Below, piece by piece: positions 7,830 through 15,991 of a DNA stretch of 64,000 nt. How positions within the stretch are numbered: position 1 is the stretch's first letter; each line of letters opens with the position of its first letter. The stretch comes from a virus: IMG/VR virus record IMGVR_UViG_3300045918_000131, positions 1 through 64,000 of that record; one strand, written 5' to 3'. The notes under the pieces were generated by a model. The model did no database searches. It was not told the DNA's origin and saw only the letters and a list, made by a program, of their open reading frames with translations. A program made the position numbers and the translations under genes.

Positions 7830-9728
7830 TTACTTAACTTCAGAAAACTCTGCGTCAACTACTGTTCCAGCATCTTTAGGTGCATCTGTTGGAGCCTCTT
7901 GTGCCTTAGCCTGTTCAGCTGCATACATTTTTTCTCCCAACTTTTGTGCTGCTGTAGCAAGTGCTTCGGTTTTTGCAACAATATCATCCTTAACATCGCT
8001 AGTTACTACTGTTTCTGCATCTTTCATAGCAGTTTCAATAGCTTCCTTTTCGCTAATATCTAACTGACTTCCGTACTCTTCTAATGATTTCTTAGTAGAG
8101 TGGATTAAACCATCTAGATTGTTACGAGCCATAATAAGTTCGATTGCTTTCTTATCTTCTTCAGCGTTAGCTTCTGCATCCTGAACCATACGATTAATAT
8201 CTTCCTCAGATAAACCGCTATTAGCTTTAATAGTAATCTTATTTTCTTTACCAGTAGCTTTATCTTTAGCACTAACTTTTAAAATACCGCTTGCGTCAAT
8301 ATCTAAAGTAATTTCAATTTGTGGTACGCCTCTACGTGCAGGAGCAATACCCTCGAGATTAAATTGACCAAGCACTTTATTATGTTTTGCTAATTCGCGT
8401 TCCCCTTGACATACAATAACTGATACAGCTGGTTGATTATCATCGGCTGTACTAAACACCTGTGTTGCTTTAGTTGGGATAGTAGTATTTTTCTTAATGA
8501 GTTTAGTCATCACACCACCCATCGTTTCAATACCGAACGATAAAGGAACAACGTCAAGTAACAATACATCTGTAACATCTCCCTGTAATACACCACCCTG
8601 GATAGCTGCGCCTGCTGCAACTGCTTCGTCTGGGTTGACGTCTTTACGCGGTTCCTTACCGAAATATTCTTCTAATTTCTTTTGAACTAACGGAATACGT
8701 GTAGAACCACCTACTAATAAAACTTCGTCAATGTCTGTTACAGACAAACCTGCATCTTTTACTGATACTTTACAACAATCAATAACTTTATTAATCAAGT
8801 GTTCAACAAGAGATTCAAATTTTGAACGTGTAATCTTTATTGCGAGATGTTTAGGCCCAGATGCATCAGCTGTAACATACGGAATATTAATCTCTGTTTG
8901 TTGTGTAGAAGAAAGTTCAATTTTAGCCTTCTCTGACGTCTCTTTAATACGCTGCATTGCAAGAGGATCTTTACTTAAATCAATACCACTTTCTTTCTTA
9001 AATTCTGAGATTACATAGTCCATTAACGCATGATCGATATCTTCCCCGCCCAAGAAGACGTTGCCATGTGTTGACAACACCTCAAATTGCGATTCTCCAT
9101 CAATGTAACTAATATCAATTATTGATAAATCCGTCGTCCCCCCGCCGAAATCCGCGACGGCGATCTTACGATCCTTTTTATCTTTTGAATCAACGCCAAA
9201 TACCATTGCGGCGGCTGTAGGCTCATTTATGATTCGTTTTACTTCAAGTCCTGCAATTTTACCAGCAGCTTTTGTAGCTTCTCGTTGATCATTATCAAAA
9301 TACGCCGGTACTGTGATTACTGCTTCGGTAACAGCGTACCCTAAGTAATCTTCGGCTGTTTTTTTCATCTTACTTAGCACTTGTGCAGAAATTTCTTGTG
9401 GAGACAAATCTTTACCATTTGCTCTTACCCAGGCATCTCCATTGGTGCTTTTATAAATCTCGTAAGGGACGATTTCTGCTGTATGTTTTGTTTCTGCACT
9501 ATCGTAACGTTGACCCATTAAACGCTTAACAGCGTAAATTGTATTTTTGGGGTTAGTTACTGCTTGACGTTTAGCGGAAGCACCAACTAAAGTTTCTTCT
9601 CCGTAAGCAACGATACTAGGTGTGGTTCTAGCTCCTTCTGAGTTTTCAATAATCTTGTATTTACCGTTTTCCATAACAGCAACACACGAATTCACCGTTC
9701 CTAAGTCAATTCCAATAATTTTAGACAT
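7830..9728 (-). CDS. dnaK: Hsp70 chaperone DnaK
   Basis: [39 protein letters not shown] linker, C-terminal [10 protein letters not shown]; AGGAG RBS. Confidence 0.97.
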   Translation of the reverse strand: MSKIIGIDLGTVNSCVAVMENGKYKIIENSEGARTTPSIVAYGEETLVGASAKRQAVTNPKNTIYAVKRLMGQRYDSAETKHTAEIVPYEIYKSTNGDAWVRANGKDLSPQEISAQVLSKMKKTAEDYLGYAVTEAVITVPAYFDNDQREATKAAGKIAGLEVKRIINEPTAAAMVFGVDSKDKKDRKIAVADFGGGTTDLSIIDISYIDGESQFEVLSTHGNVFLGGEDIDHALMDYVISEFKKESGIDLSKDPLAMQRIKETSEKAKIELSSTQQTEINIPYVTADASGPKHLAIKITRSKFESLVEHLINKVIDCCKVSVKDAGLSVTDIDEVLLVGGSTRIPLVQKKLEEYFGKEPRKDVNPDEAVAAGAAIQGGVLQGDVTDVLLLDVVPLSFGIETMGGVMTKLIKKNTTIPTKATQVFSTADDNQPAVSVIVCQGERELAKHNKVLGQFNLEGIAPARRGVPQIEITLDIDASGILKVSAKDKATGKENKITIKANSGLSEEDINRMVQDAEANAEEDKKAIELIMARNNLDGLIHSTKKSLEEYGSQLDISEKEAIETAMKDAETVVTSDVKDDIVAKTEALATAAQKLGEKMYAAEQAKAQEAPTDAPKDAGTVVDAEFSEVK

Positions 9729-9795
9729 AATATTTCTCCTTTTAATAAGCAAGTTTTAAAATATAGTAATCCGACCATCGGCATTACTATATGTA
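9729..9795 (-). promoter_or_regulatory. ROSE-like RNA thermometer leader of dnaK
   Basis: Hairpin AUAGUAAU-GCCGAUGGUCGG-AUUACUAU, then CUUGCUU...AAGGAG pairing the SD with a bulged G. Confidence 0.65.
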
Positions 9796-9869
9796 CTACA
9801 TATTTTACTCGTGATTATAAGCATATTTTAAGAAACCAATTAAGGTCTCTTAAAACGCTTAAATGGCTT

Positions 9870-10118
9870 TCAAGCAGTTACCGTGCCGGTTGTTGTATAA
9901 TGATTATATTGATTAGCAAATTCTCGAATTGCATTATCGTAATAAATAGCACAAGTTTCGGCTAAATCAAATTGCAAACTCGTAATAGGTTCAACGAAAG
10001 ATTTAATTTCTTTATTTTGCAAAGTATTTAACGTAGCTTCTGTAGCTTTACGTGTACTTTTAACTGCTGAGATTGTTGATGGAATTTTTGATACTTCGAT
10101 ATGTGGTAATTTAAACAT
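9870..10118 (-). CDS. Hypothetical helical protein (weakly phasin-like)
   Basis: AGGAG RBS, ROSE-like leader and TATAAATA upstream. Confidence 0.55.
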   Translation of the reverse strand: MFKLPHIEVSKIPSTISAVKSTRKATEATLNTLQNKEIKSFVEPITSLQFDLAETCAIYYDNAIREFANQYNHYTTTGTVTA

Positions 10119-10240
10119 TGTGATTCTCCTTTTTAAGTAAAGCAAGATATAATATGTAATCCCGACCATCGGCAACTACATATACTTATTTATAGCATTT
10201 TTCAAGGAGAAATACTAGGTTATTATATAGAAATTCAACC
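10119..10240 (-). promoter_or_regulatory. TATAAATA late promoter plus ROSE-like leader, duplicated at 15284-15404
   Basis: About 120 bp, highly similar to the hsp20 upstream region. Confidence 0.7.
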
Positions 10241-10317
10241 AATTGACACTATGTTATTAGTCAATTAAGGGTTTGATAACAAGTCTTTGTACATAGTGAG
10301 TACTTTCACGGGGTCTT

Positions 10318-10666
10318 CTAGTTTAACAGTACATAATAGAAAAACACCAAATCAATCTCGTTACGAAATACTACTTTTCACTTAAATTTCCAACGATTAT
10401 TCTCCAAGCCAAATAGTTTTTCGCATAACAGCATAGCCTTGTATCTGTTATTGTAATACGTATCTTTTGTTTTGTACCAGGTAGTCATAGTTGCCACCTC
10501 AATACGAATAACACTGCGTCTGATTCGCTCTCGAATCGCCAATAATCATAGTCTTCAGAATACTTGTATTGCCAGTACAATTATTGTGGCACCATAGTAC
10601 CATATCTGTCAATTGAATATACCATGATTTACCGTGCCAACTACTTATGTTGACTACTGTTGACAT
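10318..10666 (-). pseudogene. Two degenerate small-paralog copies
   Basis: 10485-10666: LWCHNNC.../...WRFESESDAVLFVLRWQL* with a 1-nt frameshift. 10318-10488: fragments ...FRNEIDLVFF with several shifts. Confidence 0.6.
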
Positions 10667-10675
10667 GTAATGATA

Positions 10676-10909
10676 TTATATAGATTTTTTAAGTTGCCAG
10701 ACGTGGTATCTGTTGAATAAACGACGAATAGCATAAGAACGTAGTACAGAAGGAACAGTGAACATCAACCCCATAGTTAAGTTTTGTTCTAAGTGTATCT
10801 GTATTCCATATAACGGAAATATTAATAACTGTAATAGGATAGCAAGTACATATCCTGAACCAATATTAATGATAGTTTCAACGGCTGATTGTGTTTTGCT
10901 TTGACTCAA
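10676..10909 (-). CDS. Small two-TM phage membrane protein
   Basis: MSQSKTQSAVETIINIGSG...RSYAIRRLFN pattern. Confidence 0.7.
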   Translation of the reverse strand: MSQSKTQSAVETIINIGSGYVLAILLQLLIFPLYGIQIHLEQNLTMGLMFTVPSVLRSYAIRRLFNRYHVWQLKKSI

Positions 10910-11985
10910 GATATTACTCCTACGTTAGCCCAACGTGCTCCACCTAAAGAAACCCAGAATAACGGCTGACCTATTGTTGGGTTTTCGTTAACTACAATTA
11001 TTCCAGCTTTGACATCATGCGTTGGACATATAGGAGAACTAGAAAAGTGTACTTTACCGATAGTTAGATTTTCAATTGTTACTTTTCCTGATGGTTCAAG
11101 TATTAAATTTTCTTTATTATTTGAACTCAGTATCACTTGTTGGTTACGAGTAGCACCTATAATGGATACATCTTTCTTTAACTTACGTACAGAAAACTCG
11201 CATTCTTCATCCCACACGGTTAATGCACCGGTAGGTTCTTCAGTATTAATTCCTACACGCTTATTACGTATGAATATGGTGTTAGTTAAGTCTGTTTCCC
11301 CATTAACACGTAAAGATTTTAGTTCGCCTAATTTTTGAATGTTTGTGTCAGTTACAAAGTATCCTAGTCTATTACCGGATAAAATTTCATTACCATTTAG
11401 CGTTAGCTTGTTTAAATCAATTCCGTCAATTTTAATTTTATCAAATAGTTGAGTTGAGTACTGTAGGAAAAACTCGCTATTCATGGATAGTTTAAGTAAG
11501 CCCGCTGCATGTTGTACCATGTCTTTATAAAAAGGAGAATCTGCTGGAATCTCCCCTGTTAGATGTATATCTCCATCTATATATAGATCACCTTCTATAT
11601 TAGCTTGTCCCTTTACATCTAACTCTTTGGATATTAATTTATTCTCAATAACAGTAGCGTCGTCTAGTATAGTTACTTGACATTGGCTAGCCGAGTCTTG
11701 TATTCCTGTGCTTCCGAAACCTTTAATAATTCCGCCAACAACGTTATCACCAGACATGATTAAATCGTGTATATTAATAGCAGACGAGTTGATACTATTG
11801 TCCGGAAAACTATAGTTAGATATTAGCGAGGCAATAGATGTATTAACACATTCGCGAACGATTTGTTTTACATCAATATGAGATAACTTATCTGTTATAT
11901 CATCTTTGATTTGTTTTGCTATTTGTTTTTGAGCATCTTGAACAAGAGTATTAGCTAACTCTGCTACAAGTTCAGTTGGGTTCAA
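10906..11985 (-). CDS. Hypothetical, probably virion structural protein
   Basis: Beta-rich; contains ITKLG.L..L.V.G-like and RVGINT motifs typical of tail proteins. Confidence 0.55.
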   Translation of the reverse strand: MNPTELVAELANTLVQDAQKQIAKQIKDDITDKLSHIDVKQIVRECVNTSIASLISNYSFPDNSINSSAINIHDLIMSGDNVVGGIIKGFGSTGIQDSASQCQVTILDDATVIENKLISKELDVKGQANIEGDLYIDGDIHLTGEIPADSPFYKDMVQHAAGLLKLSMNSEFFLQYSTQLFDKIKIDGIDLNKLTLNGNEILSGNRLGYFVTDTNIQKLGELKSLRVNGETDLTNTIFIRNKRVGINTEEPTGALTVWDEECEFSVRKLKKDVSIIGATRNQQVILSSNNKENLILEPSGKVTIENLTIGKVHFSSSPICPTHDVKAGIIVVNENPTIGQPLFWVSLGGARWANVGVIS

Positions 11986-12305
11986 AGTGCGGTTACTCCT
12001 AATTTGTTAATACGTGATGCTAGCTCGTCATAAAAGCTATCAACACTACCACCAAACTTACCACGTAATACGTTAATATTCGTACTTGCTATTTCGTAGT
12101 TTTTGTTATTCCAATTAGTAATTAGCTCGGAATGTAAGCTGATTGATGTGTTTATATCTGCCATCTCTGTTAATATCGATTCAGGCATTACTACACAGTA
12201 AGCAGTAACTTCATCCTTACCCACTGGTCGAAAAGTTTCTAATTGTAAGACTATATGTTTTTTACTAATCTCTTCTGCTACATCATCGCCAAATATAATA
12301 TGCAT
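11982..12305 (-). CDS. Hypothetical protein resembling the C-terminal part of class III nucleotide cyclases
   Basis: IIFGDDVAEEI...LETFRPVGKDEVTAY followed by a TPR-like helix pair. Confidence 0.4.
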   Translation of the reverse strand: MHIIFGDDVAEEISKKHIVLQLETFRPVGKDEVTAYCVVMPESILTEMADINTSISLHSELITNWNNKNYEIASTNINVLRGKFGGSVDSFYDELASRINKLGVTAL

Positions 12306-12325
12306 ATATAATTCTCCTCTATTAT

Positions 12326-12913
12326 TTACTCTTTTGTATGCAAGGAGTTAAATTTTTCCATAAACAATTTATACGATGTTAGTGAATCCATCGGAGCACT
12401 AAATTGTTGTAAACGCTCAAGCGATACATCAGGTAATCCTTCCCAATGTTTTCCCCTTGAGGGCATAAATTGGTAGGACTCTATCCGTTGTGCAATAAGA
12501 TCTGCCTTCTTTATTATTAACTCTTCGTCGTCTGTTGGTGGTATAATACCTAATGATTTATAAATAGCTAACATTAAATTATGTTCTATCTGTTTTATAA
12601 TAGGTCGTAATGTAGGTATTTGTTTCACGGGGCTAGGTAAATCTCCTGTGAAAATTTCACAGGAATCGTGTAATAGTGCAAGTAACCCTAACCGTTTACA
12701 TGTAACAATATCTTTAACATCTATAAGACTTGTTACTTCGTCAGCAACGAATACCGAATGAAGAGCTATATTATATGGAACAGCAGTTACCGTTTGTCCA
12801 CAGAATCTTGATATTCTAGATAATCCCCAAGCAATATCTTCAATGTCTATAGTGGAGGGATCTGGGTTTTCTACATCAACTAATTGTCCGGTTACTGTTT
12901 CAAGTTTTCTCAT
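12326..12913 (-). CDS. HD-domain phosphohydrolase (YfbR/YfdR-like 5'-deoxynucleotidase)
   Basis: IEDIAWGLSRISRFCGQ, YNIALHS, ALLHDSCE, GDLPSPVK, KKAD. Confidence 0.88.
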   Translation of the reverse strand: MRKLETVTGQLVDVENPDPSTIDIEDIAWGLSRISRFCGQTVTAVPYNIALHSVFVADEVTSLIDVKDIVTCKRLGLLALLHDSCEIFTGDLPSPVKQIPTLRPIIKQIEHNLMLAIYKSLGIIPPTDDEELIIKKADLIAQRIESYQFMPSRGKHWEGLPDVSLERLQQFSAPMDSLTSYKLFMEKFNSLHTKE

Positions 12914-13196
12914 TTTTAAGAATATCCATTAAGTAATCTTTTGAGTATTTGCTATAATCTCGTTCAGTATGACATTCGCACATACTATGTTTCCAGTCGG
13001 TGAACGTAATACTAGGATATAATTCAGGACATGTGCAACCGTAACCAATACATTGTGTAATTGGTCCTTTGGTAAGTATATTCTTATTCCGCGGATGCCC
13101 AACGATTGGTCTTTGCCACTCGCAGTTGCAGCAACAGGCGCCTTCTCTATTGTGTTCTATGTCATTCCATCCTTCAAAACATGGATTTGATAACAT
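12900..13196 (-). CDS. Cys-rich hypothetical protein
   Basis: CCCNC...CTC...CECH. Confidence 0.55.
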   Translation of the reverse strand: MLSNPCFEGWNDIEHNREGACCCNCEWQRPIVGHPRNKNILTKGPITQCIGYGCTCPELYPSITFTDWKHSMCECHTERDYSKYSKDYLMDILKNEKT

Positions 13197-13742
13197 TTAA
13201 TAACCCTTCTTTTTAATTCCTAAATCTTTGAAGATTTGTTGGACTGATTTAGCTTGTGAATATGCATCGGCGAGAGCATTATGTTTAGCTGTATTATTCT
13301 GTTTAGCTGAATCGTCTCCTAAATCAAATATAGTTCTAGAGTCGCGTATCTGCCAATAATTCCAAGGAATTGGCTTATTTATCATACGATATAAGTTTTC
13401 TAAAATAGTAATATCAAATATAGTACCATGAGTGTATATATGTTCGGCACCGACAATATACCTATTTAGTTGCGTGGTGAATTCTTCAATACTAACACGT
13501 TCTTCATCTCCCATAGCTTCGTCTTGAGCTTCTGCAGATTGTTTGCTCCACCATTCCAGAGTAGACTCGTCAACTGTTCTGCCAAGTAATGTTTGCTCGT
13601 CAACATTAATACGTAAATATAAAGGTCCGGCAGGTTCGCTATTATAGTTATATGGGTCAAACCGAATTGCACCCATTGTTAATATAACAGCACTAGGGGT
13701 AATATCTAGTGTTTCAAGGTCAAGCATTATACTTTTACTCAT
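13197..13742 (-). CDS. DEDDh 3'-5' exonuclease (DexA/RNase AS-like)
   Basis: MLDLETL, FDITIL, RDSRT, HNALADA. Confidence 0.88.
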   Translation of the reverse strand: MSKSIMLDLETLDITPSAVILTMGAIRFDPYNYNSEPAGPLYLRINVDEQTLLGRTVDESTLEWWSKQSAEAQDEAMGDEERVSIEEFTTQLNRYIVGAEHIYTHGTIFDITILENLYRMINKPIPWNYWQIRDSRTIFDLGDDSAKQNNTAKHNALADAYSQAKSVQQIFKDLGIKKKGY

Positions 13743-13768
13743 GTTATTTCCTTATACTGTTACAGAAG

Positions 13769-14344
13769 TTAATATAATTCGCATTTCTTTCCTAATCGAC
13801 GAAGTTTTTCGCGCGATTTCTTTTGTAAAGTACCTGCGCTTATGTCGTCATGTATGTCATATACCTTAGTTGAGACTGGTTCAAATACTTGACTTAGGTA
13901 ACCAATAACAATACCGTTTGTATCATGTACAGGAATTTTACTAGGTTTGAAATCAGATTGTTCTCTACACCTAGTTTTTTTAATATGAGATACTTTGCGA
14001 GATCTACGTATAGCACTCTTAATATCGCCAGTAATAATATTCACCATTAGATTAACGGACAACTCATCAGGTAACATAGTATCTTCATAATCTGCGTCAC
14101 CATAAAGCATTGTTTCTCTAGCAGAATTTAGTTTACCATCAAGCATAGACAGCATACTACATAATGTTTGTATAGATAAATTACCAGTATCATGTGCAGT
14201 TATTAAGTCGTCAAGTGTTGTTCTAAAACTTATAATACATTTTGATATTTTTCGAGTAAATTTTTTATTATCGTGTTTATTCAATTGACTAACCAGATAT
14301 AAACTAGCAGGTGTCGCACCAAAGGTATTTGGATGTAAATTCAT
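13769..14344 (-). CDS. Hypothetical protein
   Basis: ORF with GGAGG RBS. Confidence 0.6.
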   Translation of the reverse strand: MNLHPNTFGATPASLYLVSQLNKHDNKKFTRKISKCIISFRTTLDDLITAHDTGNLSIQTLCSMLSMLDGKLNSARETMLYGDADYEDTMLPDELSVNLMVNIITGDIKSAIRRSRKVSHIKKTRCREQSDFKPSKIPVHDTNGIVIGYLSQVFEPVSTKVYDIHDDISAGTLQKKSREKLRRLGKKCELY

Positions 14345-14359
14345 CTTAATCCTCCTATA

Positions 14360-14680
14360 TTACGCTTCTGGTTCTAGTCTAACCATCAACGGATAACCGT
14401 TATTACGAGCTAAAACGGTTGCTTCTACTCCTTTTTGTTCGGCGAGTTCATAAGGTAACACTGCAACAACGGCAGAACCTTCTTCGTGAACTTTCATTGT
14501 GAGTGCATGTGCGTCTTCTTTGCTATGGTCAAATATAACAATAAGACTCTCGATAACAAATTCCATTGAAGTGGTTGAATCATTTAAGTAAAGAACTTGA
14601 TACAAAGGAGGAGGTTGTAGATCCATTTTAGGTTTAATCTTAGTTCTAGTCTTATTATCGGTCATTGTATCTGTTGGCAT
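14360..14680 (-). CDS. clpS: ATP-dependent Clp protease adaptor ClpS
   Basis: PPPLYQVLYLNDSTTSMEFV...VHEEG.A...AEQK...YPL. Confidence 0.92.
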   Translation of the reverse strand: MPTDTMTDNKTRTKIKPKMDLQPPPLYQVLYLNDSTTSMEFVIESLIVIFDHSKEDAHALTMKVHEEGSAVVAVLPYELAEQKGVEATVLARNNGYPLMVRLEPEA

Positions 14681-14751
14681 AATCAGTATTCCTTAGTAAG
14701 TTAACATAATAAGTATATTTGAATTTGTCATGCTAGTCAAGTAGATTGGTT

Positions 14752-14782
14752 GCGAATAGACAAGCTAAACTTGTCTATTCGC
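14752..14782 (-). terminator. Hairpin after hsp20
   Basis: gcgaatagacaag-ctaaa-cttgtctattcgc. Confidence 0.65.
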
Positions 14783-14788
14783 GATTTG

Positions 14789-15283
14789 TTACTTGAGTTT
14801 TGGCATACTTTCAGATACGTGCCCAACTACTGTAGTCTTAATGCCGATCTTACGTGGTTTTAATGCTTCAGGAACCTCAATTTCTATTCCTATAATTAGT
14901 AGGCCATTTTCATACTTTGCATCTTTAACTGTAGCATGTTCCGCAAGATTAAATACTTTATTAAACCCTCGTGTTGATATCCCTTGATGGATATACTCAA
15001 TTGGACTTCGATTTGCACTTTTACTACCGGAGATAGATAGAATATTATTTTCTATAGTAATATCAAGTTCTTCTTCACTAAATCCAGCAACAGCTAAGTT
15101 AATAGAGTAGTTATTATCGTCGTACTTAATAATGTCGTGCGGAGGGTATTTGTCGGATGTTTGAGATAAATTAGTTGAACGATGTAAGTCTTCAAACATG
15201 CGATCAAATCCAACAGCATTTCTATGAAGATGTGCCAACATTGTTGGTAGGTCTACTGCGGCGAGGTGTGTGAATTGTGTCAT
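14789..15283 (-). CDS. ibpA: Small heat shock protein (IbpA/Hsp20)
   Basis: VGFDRMF, YPPHDI, LAVAGF, YIHQGISTRGF, ENGLL. Confidence 0.93.
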   Translation of the reverse strand: MTQFTHLAAVDLPTMLAHLHRNAVGFDRMFEDLHRSTNLSQTSDKYPPHDIIKYDDNNYSINLAVAGFSEEELDITIENNILSISGSKSANRSPIEYIHQGISTRGFNKVFNLAEHATVKDAKYENGLLIIGIEIEVPEALKPRKIGIKTTVVGHVSESMPKLK

Positions 15284-15404
15284 TGTGATTCTCCTTTAAA
15301 ATAAGCAAGATTATATTATGTAAGTCCCAACCATCGGCAACTTACATATATATTTATAGCATTTTTCGAGGGGAAATACTAGGTTATTTTAACTTAATTC
15401 AACC
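15284..15404 (-). promoter_or_regulatory. TATAAATA late promoter plus ROSE-like thermometer of hsp20
   Basis: UCUUGCUU...AAGGAGA SD pairing; TATAAATA at 15351-15358. Confidence 0.7.
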
Positions 15405-15478
15405 GAAACTTAAATTATTTGTGGAGAATTAAAGTTTAACGATGTTTGACATATCCTTGCGGAGATAAGTTAACAGTA

Positions 15479-15541
15479 CTAAACCTCCCCATGTCTAAAG
15501 CGAGGGGATTCTCGCGGAGCCGGGTTGATATCTCGGTCAGT
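15479..15541 (-). mobile_element. IS200/IS605 (TnpB) right-end remnant
   Basis: Minus strand GAGAATCCCCTCGCTTTAGACATGGGGAGG (subterminal hairpin). It translates TDRDINPAPRESPRFRHGEV*, matching TnpB 'DRDxNAA' and C-terminal 'ESP.F..GE'. Confidence 0.65.
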
Positions 15542-15655
15542 ATCGTTAAATTTTAAAAATTCTTTAAGCTCAGACTCATTCAATGAGTATTCCATCTATC
15601 TTCCGGGTCATTAAATTTGTCGTCTATATTTTTGAGAATAGACGACAAACATGCA

Positions 15656-15910
15656 TCAAAACAACTTTTTAGGCATTGTGTCATTTAATAAGGTTCTTTT
15701 CCATCGTTTTTTAGCAGACGCTAATTTTACTTTCCTGCGTGTAGTTGGTTTAATGTAACTTTCTCGATCTCGCAAATCAAGTAATAACCCAGAGTCGCGT
15801 ACTTTATTTCTAAATTTGCGCATTCCGGCCTCAAACTTGCCATCTCTAATTTCTACTGTATTACCAGTACATATGATTGGTTCACTATTACTATTTCTAT
15901 TATATGCCAT
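15656..15910 (-). CDS. rpsU: Ribosomal protein bS21
   Basis: FEAGMRKFRNKV..SGLLLDLRDRESYIKPTTRRK...AKKR. Confidence 0.88.
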   Translation of the reverse strand: MAYNRNSNSEPIICTGNTVEIRDGKFEAGMRKFRNKVRDSGLLLDLRDRESYIKPTTRRKVKLASAKKRWKRTLLNDTMPKKLF

Positions 15911-15991
15911 TTGTATCCCTATATTGGTTAATTAACTACTAATATTATTTAGCTATCTGCGAATGTATATGCAAATTATTTAATCAAACTA

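Noticed and set aside
9040-9175. Locally GC-richer patch in dnaK with DFGGGTTD variant
   Set aside because: The reading frame is continuous and no intron or intein is evident. Gly/Ala codons largely explain it.
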